A DNA stretch of 64,000 nucleotides from the human T2T-CHM13v2.0 reference genome, Homo sapiens: NCBI RefSeq assembly GCF_009914755.1, contig NC_060928.1, one strand, 5' to 3'. Shown piece after piece: positions 1 to 18,651 of this stretch. The notes beneath the pieces were generated by a model that saw only the letters and a list, made by a program, of their open reading frames with translations, was not told where the DNA came from and did not search any database. Both the position numbers and the translations under genes were made by a program. The stretch's first letter is position 1, and every line of letters starts with the position of its first letter.

Positions 1-369
1 CAAATCAAATCCAGCAATACATAAAAAGAATAAGAAAACTATTGCTCAACATTATTAATTAGATCCTCTTTAATATTTTTCAAAGGCCATACATTAAAGA
101 TTGGAATCCTTTTATTACTGCTTTGACTATTCAGATAATGCTTCTTTAACTATGATTCCATGCGGACCCTAGGTCATAAAGGTCCAGCATTCATAAAGAT
201 TATAAATATTTCATCATGTCACTGTAATTTAAGTCATTATCCAGAATTGAGGTATATTTTAGATATGAAAGTAAATGTATTTTATGGCATTATTACAGTG
301 TATTTTGATTCCAGAGTTTTCATTTTCCGCTTTGTATTTTCAGTAACAGGCCTTTCCCTTGTTTTGCAG

Positions 370-428
370 ATCAAGATATTTTGGAAACTATATTGATAGA
401 CAGCTGTATCTTCCCAAGTACCACAATA
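370..428 (+). CDS. NSUN7: NSUN7 coding exon (about exon 3): (Y)QDILETILIDSCIFPSTTI
   Basis: ttttgcag acceptor and gtaagt donor; 59 nt; translation matches recalled NSUN7 and joins the next exon in phase. Confidence 0.93.
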
Positions 429-491
429 GTAAGTAGATAAGTTTTAGAATTACATCGTTTCATGATTTTTTTTAAAAAAGAAAGTGTTTAA

Positions 492-817
<326 letters not shown>

Positions 818-1106
818 GATTTAAATAGTTTGCTGAATATTGAAACCTCTTAAATCTTAAATATAGATTCCTTTCAACTTCTAATATCATTCATTTTGGT
901 GAACATACCAAAAACTGTCTCTTTTGAAAGGGTTTTTTTTTTCTGGATTTTTTCTATTTTGAAGACCTTCCCAATCCAATCAGACTATGTAAAAATAGTC
1001 GTATTCCTGCTCTGTTATGAAAAATAATGGAATGGAATGGAATGGAAAATATTGCTGGTTAGATATTGTTTGTATACTTTTCTTTATATATGTTTTCCCT
1101 TGTTAG

Positions 1107-1237
1107 CCAGATCATTTGAGCAGTCTTATTATTGTGATGCTATATGATTTCCAAGATAGAAAATTTCAAACTCGTGTCCTTTCTGATAATGAAGAGCCCA
1201 TATCAGAAGTTCAAGAAGTAGAGAACCTTCTTAACAG
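1107..1237 (+). CDS. NSUN7: NSUN7 coding exon (about exon 4): PDHLSSLIIVMLYDFQDRKF...EVENLLN
   Basis: tgttag acceptor and gtaatc donor; 131 nt; phase 0 to 2. Confidence 0.94.
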
Positions 1238-1851
1238 GTAATCGTAAAAGTGAAAAGAATGTTTTATATGAAACCTACATTGGTATTGTTATTGGTAAAA
1301 TTACATACAGTATAATGTGTAGATAAGAGTTAAATTTTATAGGGAAAAATATAAAAATTCATAAAATTCTTGAATTTCTTTACAAACAGTCTTGAACAGG
1401 TTAAGAATTTTGTTTGAAATCAATTTGTTTTTCAAAGCTTGAATTACAAGATCCAGTATGTAAGCATGTGAGAAATCATTAAAAATTCTCAATAATTTTT
1501 AGCACATAAATTAAACTGTATTTGAAACAGCTACTAATTGCTTAGTTCACTTTATTTATAGCTTTGTAAAACAAAGAAAACATCTAACATGAATCAAATG
1601 AGAAAATTCCAACAGTAGACAAGAATCAACTATTTTCCCAAAGTAAAGAAAAAAAAATTCTACTTAAGAACAAACTAACATCTTAAATTTGTTTTCTTTT
1701 TATCCTAAATATCAGTAGAAGTCTACCATGAGAATAAGAAGTTTCTACCTCAAAGGGTAGATGGGACAGTGGATTAAATTAATGCATGTAAAATGCTCAG
1801 TTAGAACCAGACATAAAGTAAATTGGTCAGTAAATGTTAAGTGTTACTGTT

Positions 1852-2201
1852 TGCTATGGTTTGAATGTGTCCCCCAGAATTCATGTATTGGAAACTTAAT
1901 CCTCAGTATGACAATGTTGGGAGTTGGGGCCTAATGAGAAGTGTTTAGGTCATGAAGATTTCACCCTCATGAATAGATTAATGCTATTATAAAAAGGGCT
2001 TGTGAGATGGGTTTGCTCTCTTGTGCTTTTGCCCTTCTGTGTTCCACCATTTGATGATGCAGCAAGAAGGCCCTCACCAAATGCCAGCACCTTGATTTTG
2101 GACTTCTCAGCCTCCAGAACTGTGAGAAAATAAACTTCTGTTCTTTATAAATTAGCTGGTCTCAGGTATTTTGTTATAGCAGTGCAAAATGAACTAAGAT
2201 A
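1852..2201 (+). mobile_element. MaLR solo LTR (MST family)
   Basis: tgctatggtttgaatgtgtcccc...gttatagca...ctaaga termini; 5-bp TSD CTGTT. Confidence 0.85.
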
Positions 2202-2569
2202 CTGTTGATTCCAGCTTTTAGTTCTATGTTGTTGAACTTTAATAGAAAGTACAATGTAGCAACAACAACAATCTTGTAGGAAGATTTTGGCTTAGTGAAT
2301 AAGTGAATAATCTGATTGTTACTGTCAACAATTGTCAGTGTGATGTCTAATTTTTATAGGAAATTTAAGCAGTTTTATTTAAATTATTGAAGGCTGAGAC
2401 CAGAAGATTCAGGTAATAGTAATGATAATAATAGCTTACATTTATTGAGCACTTAATATGTGTTAGCCACTGTTCTGAGAAGCTCTTTACGTAACAATTC
2501 TATGCATTGGTTACTGTTACCAACCTGTAATTTTACACATGGGAAAAATGAGGAACAGACAAGTTAAAG

Positions 2570-2981
2570 CAGGGGTCCCCAACCCCAGGGCTGCAGACCA
2601 GTACCTGTCTGTGGCCTGTTAGGAACTGGGCAGCACAGCACGAGGTGAGCAGCAGGTGAATGAGAATGACCACCTGAGTTCTACCTTCTGTCAGATTAGC
2701 AGCAGCATTAGATTCTCATAGGAGCGTGAACCTGATTGTGAACTGCACATGGTGAGGGATCTAGGTTGCATGCTCCTTGTGAGAATCTAAGGATTCATCT
2801 AATTAGATGATCCTTATGAGATCATCTAATGCTTGATGATCCTTATGAGATCATCTAATGCTTGATGATCTGAGGTGGAACAGTTTCATCCTGAAACCAT
2901 TCCCTCCACCTTCCCCCAGTTCATGGAAAAATTGTCTTCCACGAAACTGGTCCCTGGTACCAAAAAGGTTCGAGACTGCTG
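2570..2981. mobile_element. MER1B-like hAT-Charlie DNA transposon inserted into a MIR
   Basis: caggggtccccaacc terminus; 8-bp TSD AGTTAAAG at 2562-2569 and 2982-2989. Confidence 0.87.
2806..2870. repeat. 29-bp tandem repeat (GATGATCCTTATGAGATCATCTAATGCTT, ~2.2 copies) inside MER1B
   Basis: Exact copies at 2806-2834 and 2835-2863. Confidence 0.9.
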
Positions 2982-3985
2982 AGTTAAAGGGACTGTTTAA
3001 TGCCACAGAACTGGAAAGGGGAGTAGCCAGAATTCACACTCAGGAGTGACTCCAGAGTCCAAACTTCAACCATTTATATGCTAGCATTCCTTCCACTTAG
3101 CATAGTGAGGCTTGGCTGAGGTACTCTGGAAGTTTAGAACATAGTCATATCTCATGTCAGTGTCATAGCCATGAGAAATCACAGGATGGAGAAGAGCAAA
3201 AGCAATCAGATGTATGTACTCTCTGTGTTAAATAAGTAAGGATCTTGCGCCTGTTTACTTTGTGTCTGGGGGAAACCACCTTATTGCTAGTACCAGTATT
3301 AGGCAGCCTGACTCCCAGGATGGGCATTCAGAGGAAACTTGGTGGAGCAATATGCTATGGGACAGGCTCCGAGTTTCAGTTTCCTCGTGCTTCTCCTAGT
3401 TTCTGTTTGACATAGTCAGGATTTAGGGGACTTTCATGTCTGAACTTAGTCTCAGAGGGGCTGATGACAGCTGGGGTTATGCTGAGTCAACCAAGAAACC
3501 CACAGGGCTCTAACCAAGTAAGAAAGATTACACTGTGGTTTCATCAGAAGTAGACTTTAGCTGAGGATGCTGGTGAGGAAAGTAGGAGTAGGACAAGCAA
3601 AGGGCCTGGTTTAAGAGGTCAGAGGAACCAGAAGATATTAATGTCTAAGGATTCCTGATTCCCCAGATTTTCCCTATTCCCATAATTCACATCATGCTAC
3701 TACCTGCCTTAACACATATTCTGGTTACATTGTTGTCAGTGCAGTTGTTTTTTCCCATACCCAAACCAATAGAATTTTATGCATTGCAAATCTTATTGCT
3801 AGGAATTAATTTAGGAATCTTATTCCTAATCAGTCACATTGTACTCAATTCACGTTATACTCAATTCATAATATACTATAGGAGAAATGCCTATGTTTAG
3901 TGATTGAATTGTGGAGAAGAATAGTAGCACATTGCTGAGAAAATACATGTACAAAGATGCCACAGTATTTTACTCGAGTCTTCTT

Positions 3986-7558
<3,573 letters not shown>

Positions 7559-8115
7559 TCAAGAGTCTTCTTAGCTTTCAAGTAATTGAAGCCATCTTCA
7601 CTTAGCTTGAGCAAAAATGGAAAAGAAAGATACTGGGATATCTCATACAACTCAAGGACTCAGGAAGAGAATGAAATCAGGAACTGGAAAGATGTTAGGA
7701 CTTTAATTTGCTTTATCTCTTTATCTTTTTATCTCTGCTTCTCTCGTAGTATCTGCTTCATTTTTTTCCTCTGCACATCTGCCTACTCTGCTTTTCTAGT
7801 CTGCATGGAGAAGGCCCTACTGTTGTACCCCAGTACCCAAGCTTATGTTACAGTTGTATGCTAGTTTCTTCACTGAGACTAACTTATTATCTTACCTCCC
7901 ATTTCTAAATTCCTGTGAGAGGAAATTCGATTGCCTCAGTGCAGGTCAGGTGCAGTCTCTCGAGCCAATTCCCTGTAGCCAATGAAGTGGTATTCTAAAC
8001 CACAGAAAGACAGCAGGAAGCCAACTCTATCTGCCTTCTAGGGCTTGAGACTGTAGTTCCCAAGGAAGTTCAGTCACTGTAAGCTCAAAGTATACCTTAG
8101 CATATATCTACTTAG

Positions 8116-8427
<312 letters not shown>

Positions 8428-8889
8428 AGATAAAGACTAACTCTAAGAGGTTATAGAAGAAGAAGTAATTAGCAAGAAGCTGAATGAGAATGATTTCCTC
8501 CTTGTAAAAGTGGTTTGACCTTTGTTGTTGTTCCTCCTGGGAATCCTTGTGTTTTTTCACTCTTATACCCCTAAGCACCAACATGTATCTTTTTCTTCAC
8601 TTATTCATGGGTTTAGACATGTAATCCAAGATGATACCTATTATCATTTTTTTTACATATGAAAGGTCTTTAAGAACCCATTCTTTGTATAAAATGTAAC
8701 TGTCTTTTTAATACTGTGTGACCAGGTTAAAAAAAGAGAGACCACAACCCCTTGTTTCTCACTCCCCATGCCTTTCCACCAGCCCAATAATCTATTTCTA
8801 TTAAATTATTTGTTGGACTGTTGTGAGGCAGCAATTGGAAAATAAGCAGTGAAAAAGTAGAGAAAGGAGGGGAAAGACTTAGTCAGTTC

Positions 8890-9235
8890 TTCTTCCAAAC
8901 CACCCCAAAACCATTTATTCTGATGTCTTCCACTTCACAGCTAAGGCATCACCATCTACCTAGACATCATCCTTGATTCTTCTTTCCTCCCCTCCCCTGC
9001 ACTCAATCTGTGTCTAATGCATCAAGTCCTGTAACTCCAATTCAAAAACATACACTGAGCCTGTGTGCTTCTTTCCATTTCCACTACTACCATCCAAATC
9101 TATGCCACCATAATCTATCACTTGGACTACCATGATAGCTTCCTTAGATACATTTCCCTGGCCTATAACTCTCACTTTCCTGCAATCTATTCCACATGGC
9201 AGGTAGAGTGATATTTTCAAAATGTAATTGTATGG
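8890..9235 (-). mobile_element. L2 fragment
   Basis: Resembles L2 3' region (catccttgattcttct...ttggactac...atagcttcctta). Confidence 0.55.
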
Positions 9236-9865
9236 TCATGATAGAATATCTTGGATCAGACTTCCCCTTCTACTGTAAACAACTAGAAAACTGGCCAAAA
9301 TATATCATAGGACGTAAAGGTTTTGGACATTAGACAAGAAGCAGCACAGAAACCTGATCCCTGAAAGAACAAAACAAATGAGGTGAGCCCTAGAATAGTC
9401 CTGGCTTTATGCCTGGAAGAATTCTCAAACTGCAATGCAGAAAGTAGAAAACAGCAGTCTTGCTGAGTTAAGAAAACAGAGAACAGTTTTAGAAGACTGA
9501 AGTGATTGTTTTTCTTCTTTATTGTATTAAGTGGCCAGGTGATTTACATTGACTGGTTTATGAATGTTAAACCAGCCATGCATTTTTGGGATAAGGCACA
9601 TTTGCTCAGACATATTCTTTTTCTTATCTTCCCCAGTTTCTCTCATTCCCCATAATGCTCCAGAATTTCTAATTGCCAAAATGCCCTTTAAATACTTGTT
9701 CATGGGTTTTATCTCTCACATTCTCTCCGCTCCTTCTTCAGAAACTCTTCACCTGTTTCACTTACCTAGTAAAGAGTCTGAAGCAGATGACTGATTTTAC
9801 ATTTTTCTGGGAAATTCAAGCAGTTCATTGAAGATTATCTTTTGGCATTAAGAAAATGCAATCAA

Positions 9866-10167
<302 letters not shown>

Positions 10168-10180
10168 AAATTGCAATCAA

Positions 10181-10511
10181 GTGTCACTTAATGATGGGGA
10201 TACATTCTGAGAAATGTGTCATTAGGTGATTTCTTCTGATGGGAACATCGTAGAACATACTTACACAAATCTAGATGGTATAACCTACTGCACACCTATC
10301 CTATATGGTATAACCTAGTGCTCCTAGGCTACAAACCTGCACAGCATGTTATGTACTGAATACTGTAGGCAATTATAACACTATGGCAAGTATTTGTGTA
10401 TCTAAACCTATTTAAATATAGCAAAGGTACTACCGTAGTAAACTTTTATGGGACCACCATCATAAACACAGTTCATCATTGACCTAAATGTCATTATGCA
10501 GCAGATGACTT
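10181..10511. mobile_element. Tigger3a-like TcMar DNA transposon
   Basis: cttaatgatggggatacattctgagaaatgtgtcattagg matches the recalled Tigger3a consensus after CpG decay. Confidence 0.75.
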
Positions 10512-10692
10512 TATTCAATTTATATTTAAAGAGAACCACAGTTCTGATATGTTAGACATTAGTAATGCCATTCAAAAACTTGAGTCAAAAACTACATAAA
10601 TATTTCTGAAAATTTAAAAAATGTAAATGTATATTACAAAAAGCCAAAAGAAGTAGTAAAAAGCCAAAAAAGAGTAATATCAATTTCATTTA

Positions 10693-11028
<336 letters not shown>

Positions 11029-11650
11029 TTAAGATGATTTTTTGCAACTGACAGATTCTGCAAAAGAGGGACTTTAAGATCATTTATGGAAGAATTGAAC
11101 ATGAGGCTACAGGAAGGGCGGTGATGTAGCGATGCTTCTGCTAAATAGAGCCTGTGACTCCAAAATCATCAGGACTCTAGTCTCTGCTTCTCTGTGCCTC
11201 CATTCTCTTATCATTCTATATTTCCAGGATAAGAAGCTTGGCTGCCAACAACTCCCTAACATGGGAGCTACATTTTATAGTACCAAACACTGGAAAAACT
11301 GGCTTGACTCTCTCTTTCTACCTCCAAAAAATCTCTGTCTTTCTCTCTTTCTCTTCTCTCTCATGCACGCCAGTTGGGCTTGAACTCTGCAATCAAATTA
11401 CCTGAATTCAGATAATTGAGAGAGAGAGAATATGGAAGAGAGAGAAAGAGGAGATGTGACATGGCATACCATAGGAGTGGCAAATAGTTCAGCACATGAC
11501 TGACGATAGATTTATGGATGAGAGTGATGGGAATTGAGACAGGAAGAGTTGGTTCAGGTTGAGCTATTAAGATCCTAGAATATCCTCATAAGGAGTTTAG
11601 ATTCTGTCCTGTGGCTGGTGGATTTCATCTAAAATTTAAGCTTATATAAA

Positions 11651-11684
11651 TATATATTTATAATTATATAATTATAAATATATA
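11651..11684. repeat. Perfect 34-bp AT-only palindrome
   Basis: TATATATTTATAATTAT|ATAATTATAAATATATA. Confidence 0.9.
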
Positions 11685-13306
11685 ATTATATTATTAATAT
11701 TTAATATCATAAAGGAAGCTCTGACTGTGTGTGTAACTGGGATGATGGTAAAAAAGATAATCAGGCAGCTCTCTGTGATAACATACAAACTGTAGCAGAA
11801 AAAGGACTTCTGGATCAAGAATATTGGGAAAGGCTACTTTGCTACCATTTTCATCATTGCAGTCCTCCTTATTTAAAGCTATGGAAGAAGCTTTTTTTAG
11901 TAACCACAAGATAGCATACTTCATCTACAGAAGTATAGGTCTGGTTATTTTAAGAACATATGGATTTGATCTTTGCCCTAAGTCTAATATAGTATATTTA
12001 CATAAAAATCTGTATAACTGCATGTACACTTTATTTTTTGTGGGATTAAATTTTGTTAAAAATCATGGTCCAAAATGTTTACTATCTGGAAAATTGGAGA
12101 TTTATTTCTCCTTACACTCCTCCCGTATACACAGCACATGTATATTTCTCAGCTTCATATTTTTAGTCTTTAATGATTGAATAATTCAGTAATATCATTT
12201 ATCATGATAAATTTGAACTAAGTAGGTATTTGCAAGTATTGTTAATAAAAAATAGTCTATACTCAGAATATCTCACAATGTATAATATAGAACAGTAACT
12301 CACCCCTTTTACATTAATTTATTTTTTGAGGTGCATTAATGTACTATGTCATTTTTTTAGTATCCACTGCCATAGTTCTGTGACATTTAGACACAGAATT
12401 AGACAAATCTAATTTTATTGTAGTCCCAAAAGGCTTAATGTTTGATCACCCTTCCCTTTCCTTACCAAGTTCCCCTATCTTCTCTCTCTCATATACATAC
12501 ACATAATATTCCCACATAAACAATTTTTTTGGGTGAGATGTTCTCATTCTATTGAGTAGATAAGAAATGTAGAATAAGGACACTGCAGGCATGAAGAAAA
12601 GAAGTAGGGATTTAACAGTTGGTGCTAAAAAAATAACAGAGATGCTCATTTATTACCCCTCTTGTCCTGGCTCCCAGCATTCTTTGAAACAATTTAGGTG
12701 GGCCTGACAGTAATTCCCTGAAAGTGTGCTCCCCTTCTGTACCACCCACCAACCACAACTCAGATCGTATTTGACTGTTTTGTGACATCTCTTCTTATTT
12801 CTCACTCAAGGTTATACTTGAGGTTGATTTCAGTTAGATTTCTACTGTGAAAATGCTATGAATATGGGTCAGGAATAAGTCCTGTGTTCTCATTCATTAA
12901 AAATTTGGGCTATGAGATCAAGAAAAATCATTGAGCCATCATGGTGATGCTAACCAGTTCTTGTTTTTCTTTTGTGATTTGGAATTTTGAAGCATGGGAC
13001 ATTCAGAACTGGGAAGGACTTAATACAGACTCATGAAAGTTCTTTAATCTTATCAAGACTATACTGTTGCCATCTGTGATACTGATAACTAGCCTATAAT
13101 GAGTGCCTGCTATGTGCCAGGCACTGCGCTAAGAATTTTGCACACATGATTGATAATCACTACATTAATAACAAGGTAAGTTGACCACCTTTAACAGATG
13201 AGACAACTAGGCTGAAAAAGGAGATTAAGTAACATTCCTGAGGTTACACAGCTAGTAAGTGATAAAACCTGGATTTAACTTCAAGTTTGTCTGACTCTAA
13301 ATCCTA

Positions 13307-13643
<337 letters not shown>

Positions 13644-13739
13644 TCAACCAGTAATTAATATAATAGTTAAGAAATTGCTGCACAACTATACAGGGGCAGC
13701 AAAAACAGAAAGAAAGAAATCAGGATTATTGGATTTCTA

Positions 13740-14034
<295 letters not shown>

Positions 14035-14201
14035 TTGGATTTCTATTTACAAATATGACACATTTTTATTTTAGACTTCAAAAATTTGAAATAGAATTGT
14101 TATTTGTTAAAATTCTAAATGTAATTTTTTAGAGTTTCCAGTGGAAAATTGATAGTCTTGTCTCAAATGCAATAGATTAAGGATGGATTTTCTGTCTCTA
14201 G

Positions 14202-14354
14202 TTTTAAGATAAAATTGGCTGCAGCATTGGCAAGATGTCGAATCAAGCATGATGCCCTTTCAATTTACCACATCCTTCCAGAAACAGTTAGGAAACAGGA
14301 ACTAAGGGCCTCCACTTTACCACTTTATGCTTGGATAAATACTTGTAAAATCAG
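14202..14354 (+). CDS. NSUN7: NSUN7 coding exon (about exon 5): FKIKLAAALARCRIKH...LPLYAWINTCKI
   Basis: tctctag acceptor and gtaagt donor; 153 nt; LPLYAWINT resembles the Sun-family P-x-x-x-R-V-N motif. Confidence 0.95.
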
Positions 14355-14703
14355 GTAAGTGTTTAAATCAAATTCTTTATATTTCAAGTCTCCATCCTTT
14401 TAAAATAATGTGATGAGAAGCATTACCTTTTTAAGAGGTGGGGGTGGCACATCTAGGGGAGTGATTAGGGAATCAGAGTTAAGTTCCAGAGCTTATGACC
14501 AAATTACCAAAGGTAATTACATAAATATGTTAACTTCTCTGCCTATAATTATCTTTTAGTTTATTGTTGGTTAAAATTGTTAGTTCCATTAGATGTAATG
14601 TATGAAGTGATATTTTTCTTTGTTACAGGAAAAAGGTGTTAGTGTTAAGGACGTTTTTAATGTATTATATTTGTAATTACAAGCTAATGTTGTATATTTA
14701 CAG

Positions 14704-14887
14704 CCCTGAAGAAGTTTATAATAATTTGAAGAGAAGAGGCTATAATAAAGTCAAATCTGTATTGCATATTGATGATAAAGTCTTTGCTGTGGATCAACAT
14801 TGCTATGATGTCTTAATTTTTCCATCTCATCTTAAAAATGATCTTATAAATATAGATCTTTTCAAAGATTACAAACTTATATTTCAG
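14704..14887 (+). CDS. NSUN7: NSUN7 coding exon (about exon 6): PEEVYNNLKRRG...DYKLIFQ
   Basis: tttacag acceptor and gtaaac donor; 184 nt; lies in ORF 14636-14896. Confidence 0.95.
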
Positions 14888-15985
14888 GTAAACTAATATT
14901 TACTTTCATTGTGATTCTCAACAATCCAACCTAGCCAAAGAACTTCTCCACTTAAAAATAAAACCTAACACTGTTTATATTTTTATAGATTATCAGGGAG
15001 GTTTATAAGGCCTAATTGTCACCTTGAATAAAATTAATACCTCTACAATCAGTGCATCTGGTTGGCATCTTTGTCTCATGTGAATTTATAAAGAACATAT
15101 TCTTCTCCCAGATTCCATGAATGGGAAGATTTGCATTGCTGGCAGCTGTAAGGTTCTACTTTTCTCCCCTAAAGGAGAATTCAAGAGAAAGTACAATGAG
15201 ACCTTTTCTTCCTTCCCTTTCTGGGGAAGATGCTAGTGCCATCTTGCATATGAAAAAACAATTGTAATAGTTTTTCATAATTTCTTTAATATAGTCTTAT
15301 AGCTTTGATTTGTAAGAGGTATATAAAGGCTATCAATATAGGAAGAGAATGTGAGGTATAATGTAGTTTCAACAGAACGAAAATAAAAGGTATAAAAAAG
15401 TAGTTTAAATTCATTTTTACATCCTTAGATTCCAATTATTGCCTCAGATATACCTTGATCTTCTAAGGTTTATCCCTTTTCCACATTCATATTCTTGGGC
15501 AGAATCTCTTACCATATCAAGCACTGAGATCAACTGCAGAAGCCCAACCTGTCAAGCCCCCTTTGATGAGCTTCTCAAATATATTAATTTTAATCTCTGT
15601 GAGCTAGTGGCAATTTAGGTGACAAGGTAATGGGGAAGAGAAAATGGAAGTAGTAGATGAGTGGGTTTTTGTGAAGGGGTAAGAATGGGAGTTAAGATAG
15701 GACATCATTAATCTGTTGACCATATTTTAGAGATTCTGGCATTGCTTTATACAAAACTTAGACAGTAACAGTCATAATTTAGGCTAAACAAAGTTAAGCT
15801 CTTTGTTTTAAACATCAGTTGTCTTTGTTAACTCTTTACTTAGACATATATTAAGATGTTAAAACTAAAATTGGTTAGGTCTCTAATATTACTATGAGGT
15901 ACTTTCTTTTATGTAAAGCAAATAGAAGTCAGCTTATATTTCTAGCCATACCCTTTGAAATTCTAATCATACCATTATCTTACAG

Positions 15986-16196
15986 GACAAATCTCGAAGT
16001 CTTGCTGTCCATTCTGTAAAGGCTTTATTAAATATGGATGATGATGTCTTAATGGTCAATACAGGTTCATGGTACACAGTTGCCCACATGTCAATTTTAA
16101 CAAATAATAATACCTCAAAAGTATTTGTGTGTGGAGTACAATCACAAGCTAAGGATCCTGACTTGAAGACCCTTTTCACAAAAATAGGATGTAAAA
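15986..16196 (+). CDS. NSUN7: NSUN7 coding exon (about exon 7): DKSRSLAVHSVK...TKIGCK, including the degenerate motif I region
   Basis: ttacag acceptor and gtatgt donor; 211 nt; Q|DKS junction matches the Sun-family QD motif. Confidence 0.95.
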
Positions 16197-16559
16197 GTAT
16201 GTAAAAATATTTCTTCATTTGGTGATTATTGTTCTGCAAGATTTTAGAAACGTTAAAAAGTTTTAATTTATTAGTTTTTTTGTAATGTAAAAGCTCTATA
16301 TGTGAACTAATATCTTAAAATCCTTACTAATCTATGTCTTATCAGGCTGTCCTTGTTGCTTAATTTGGTTAAACAACTGTGGGTTAAATTAATTTCTTGG
16401 TACTTTGTAATACTGTTTGACATTTAGCTCACATAATTTGAGGCTCAAACATTTAAAGTAGAAATGTATCATTTAATAAATAAGAATGATTATCATTTAA
16501 TAAATACTTAAATAAGTGCTTAAGTGACAAAGATAATATCTAGGACTAGAAGCTAAGTC

Positions 16560-16854
16560 TTTTTTTTTTTGAGATAAAGTCTTACTTTGTTGCCCAGGCT
16601 GGAGTGTACTGATATGATCACAGTTCACCACAGCCTCTACCTCCTGGGCTCAAGAGGTCCTCCAACCTCAGCCTCCCAAGTAGCTGTGACTACAGGCTCA
16701 TGCCACTATGCGTGGCTAATTTTTCTAATTTTTGTAGAGCCAAGGTTTTGCAGTGTTGCTCAAGCTAATCTCAAACTCCTGGGCTCAAGTGATCCACCTG
16801 CCTGGGCATCCCAAAGTCCTGAGATTACAGAGGCGTGAGCTACCAGGCCTGGCC
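16560..16854 (-). mobile_element. AluJ-like
   Basis: Diverged antisense dimer. Confidence 0.88.
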
Positions 16855-17269
16855 TAGGAGCTGTCTTTTAGGCTTCTTGTTTTTTAAAAATGTTTCCATT
16901 GGATCATTCTAACTAAAGATTACATTTTATTATAGGTTCAGCGAGGCTGAAAAACTAAGCAAAACTTTTAACAGATTCACAGGGATAGGGAGACAAAAAG
17001 TGGAATTCAGGATTTGACCAGGAGAGGTAGCCTGGTAAATACTCAGGATTTCACTTGGAGTCCCGAAGTACATCTTGGATAGTGATCAGTCCTCCAAAGA
17101 ATTAGAACCCCCATTCCAGTCATCTTAATTCCCAATTAGATTAAGGTGATCTGGGATTGCTAGTGCCCAGTCTTAGCTGCCTGCCAGAAGCAAAAGTAAA
17201 TTCCCTCTGGAGGAAAACAACATCATCCTACATTTCTAATTATCTTCTAATTTTTTTCATTTTTTAAAA

Positions 17270-17607
<338 letters not shown>

Positions 17608-18297
17608 TGACAGAACAAGAAAAGATATGACTAAAACAGAAAGCACTGCAGTAGAAGCAGACCCACAGTGTATCTGGAGATACTGGATTTATCAGACGTG
17701 GACTTTAGTTTTACTTTTTTGAGACAGGGTCTTGTTATGTTGCCTAGGCTGATCTCATACTCCTGGGATCAAGCAATCCTCCTGCCTCAGCCTCTCAAGT
17801 AGCTGAAATTACAGGCAGGTGCCACTGCACCTGACTAAAAATGTACACTTTAAAATAACTATGATTAATAAGCTGGAGGGACTAAATGTCAAATTTTAGA
17901 ATTTTAGCAAAGACCTGGAAACTATAATCAAAAAAGCTAAAAGAAAGTTCTAGAACTGAAAAATACAATGTGTGAAATTAGGAAATAAATGAGATATGGA
18001 TTTTACAGTAAATTACACAGAAATGAAGATACAATGAGTGAACTGATAGGCCTGAAGAAAATATCTAGACTTAAGCATGGGGAGACAAAGGATATGAAAG
18101 AGGTCATAAGACACACATGAGACTCAGTGATTCAGTTATCTCATGTGTGTGTGGAATTGCAGATGGAGAGGAGAAAAGGAATTGGAAAGAAACAATATTT
18201 GAATTTCAGGCTGAGAATTCTTGAAAGTGGATGAAAGACATTAAGCCACAGATTCAAGAAGCCTTGTAAAAGTCTAATCAGAACACATGGAAAACAT

Positions 18298-18651
18298 ATC
18301 CTATGGCCTGAATATTTGTATCCCCACAAAATTTGTATGTTAAAATCCTAACCCCCGAAGTGATGGTATCAGGAGGTGGGGCCTTTGGGAAATTGTGAGG
18401 GCAGAGCCCTCATGAATGGGATTAGTGCCGTTACGAAGGGGACCCCAGGGACCTAGGTAGCCCCCTTTCACCATCTGAGGATACAGCAGGAAGGCACTAT
18501 CTGTAAGAAAGCAGGCCCACACCAGACACTGAATCTGCTGGTGCCTTGATCTTCAACTTCCTAGTCTCCAGACTTGTGAGAAATAAAATTCTTTTGTTTA
18601 TAAGCTACTCATTCTATGGCATTTGTTGTAGCAGCCCAAACAGACTAAGGT
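18298..18651 (+). mobile_element. MLT1A-like MaLR LTR
   Basis: ctatggcctgaatatttgtatcccc...tgtagcagcccaaacagactaag. Confidence 0.75.

Noticed and set aside
1027-1046. (GGAAT)n resembling human satellite II/III
   Set aside because: Only about four units; an ordinary short tandem repeat.
2806-2870. 29-bp partly palindromic repeats as a CRISPR-like array
   Set aside because: Units are directly adjacent with no spacers and lie inside a eukaryotic DNA transposon; no cas genes are present.
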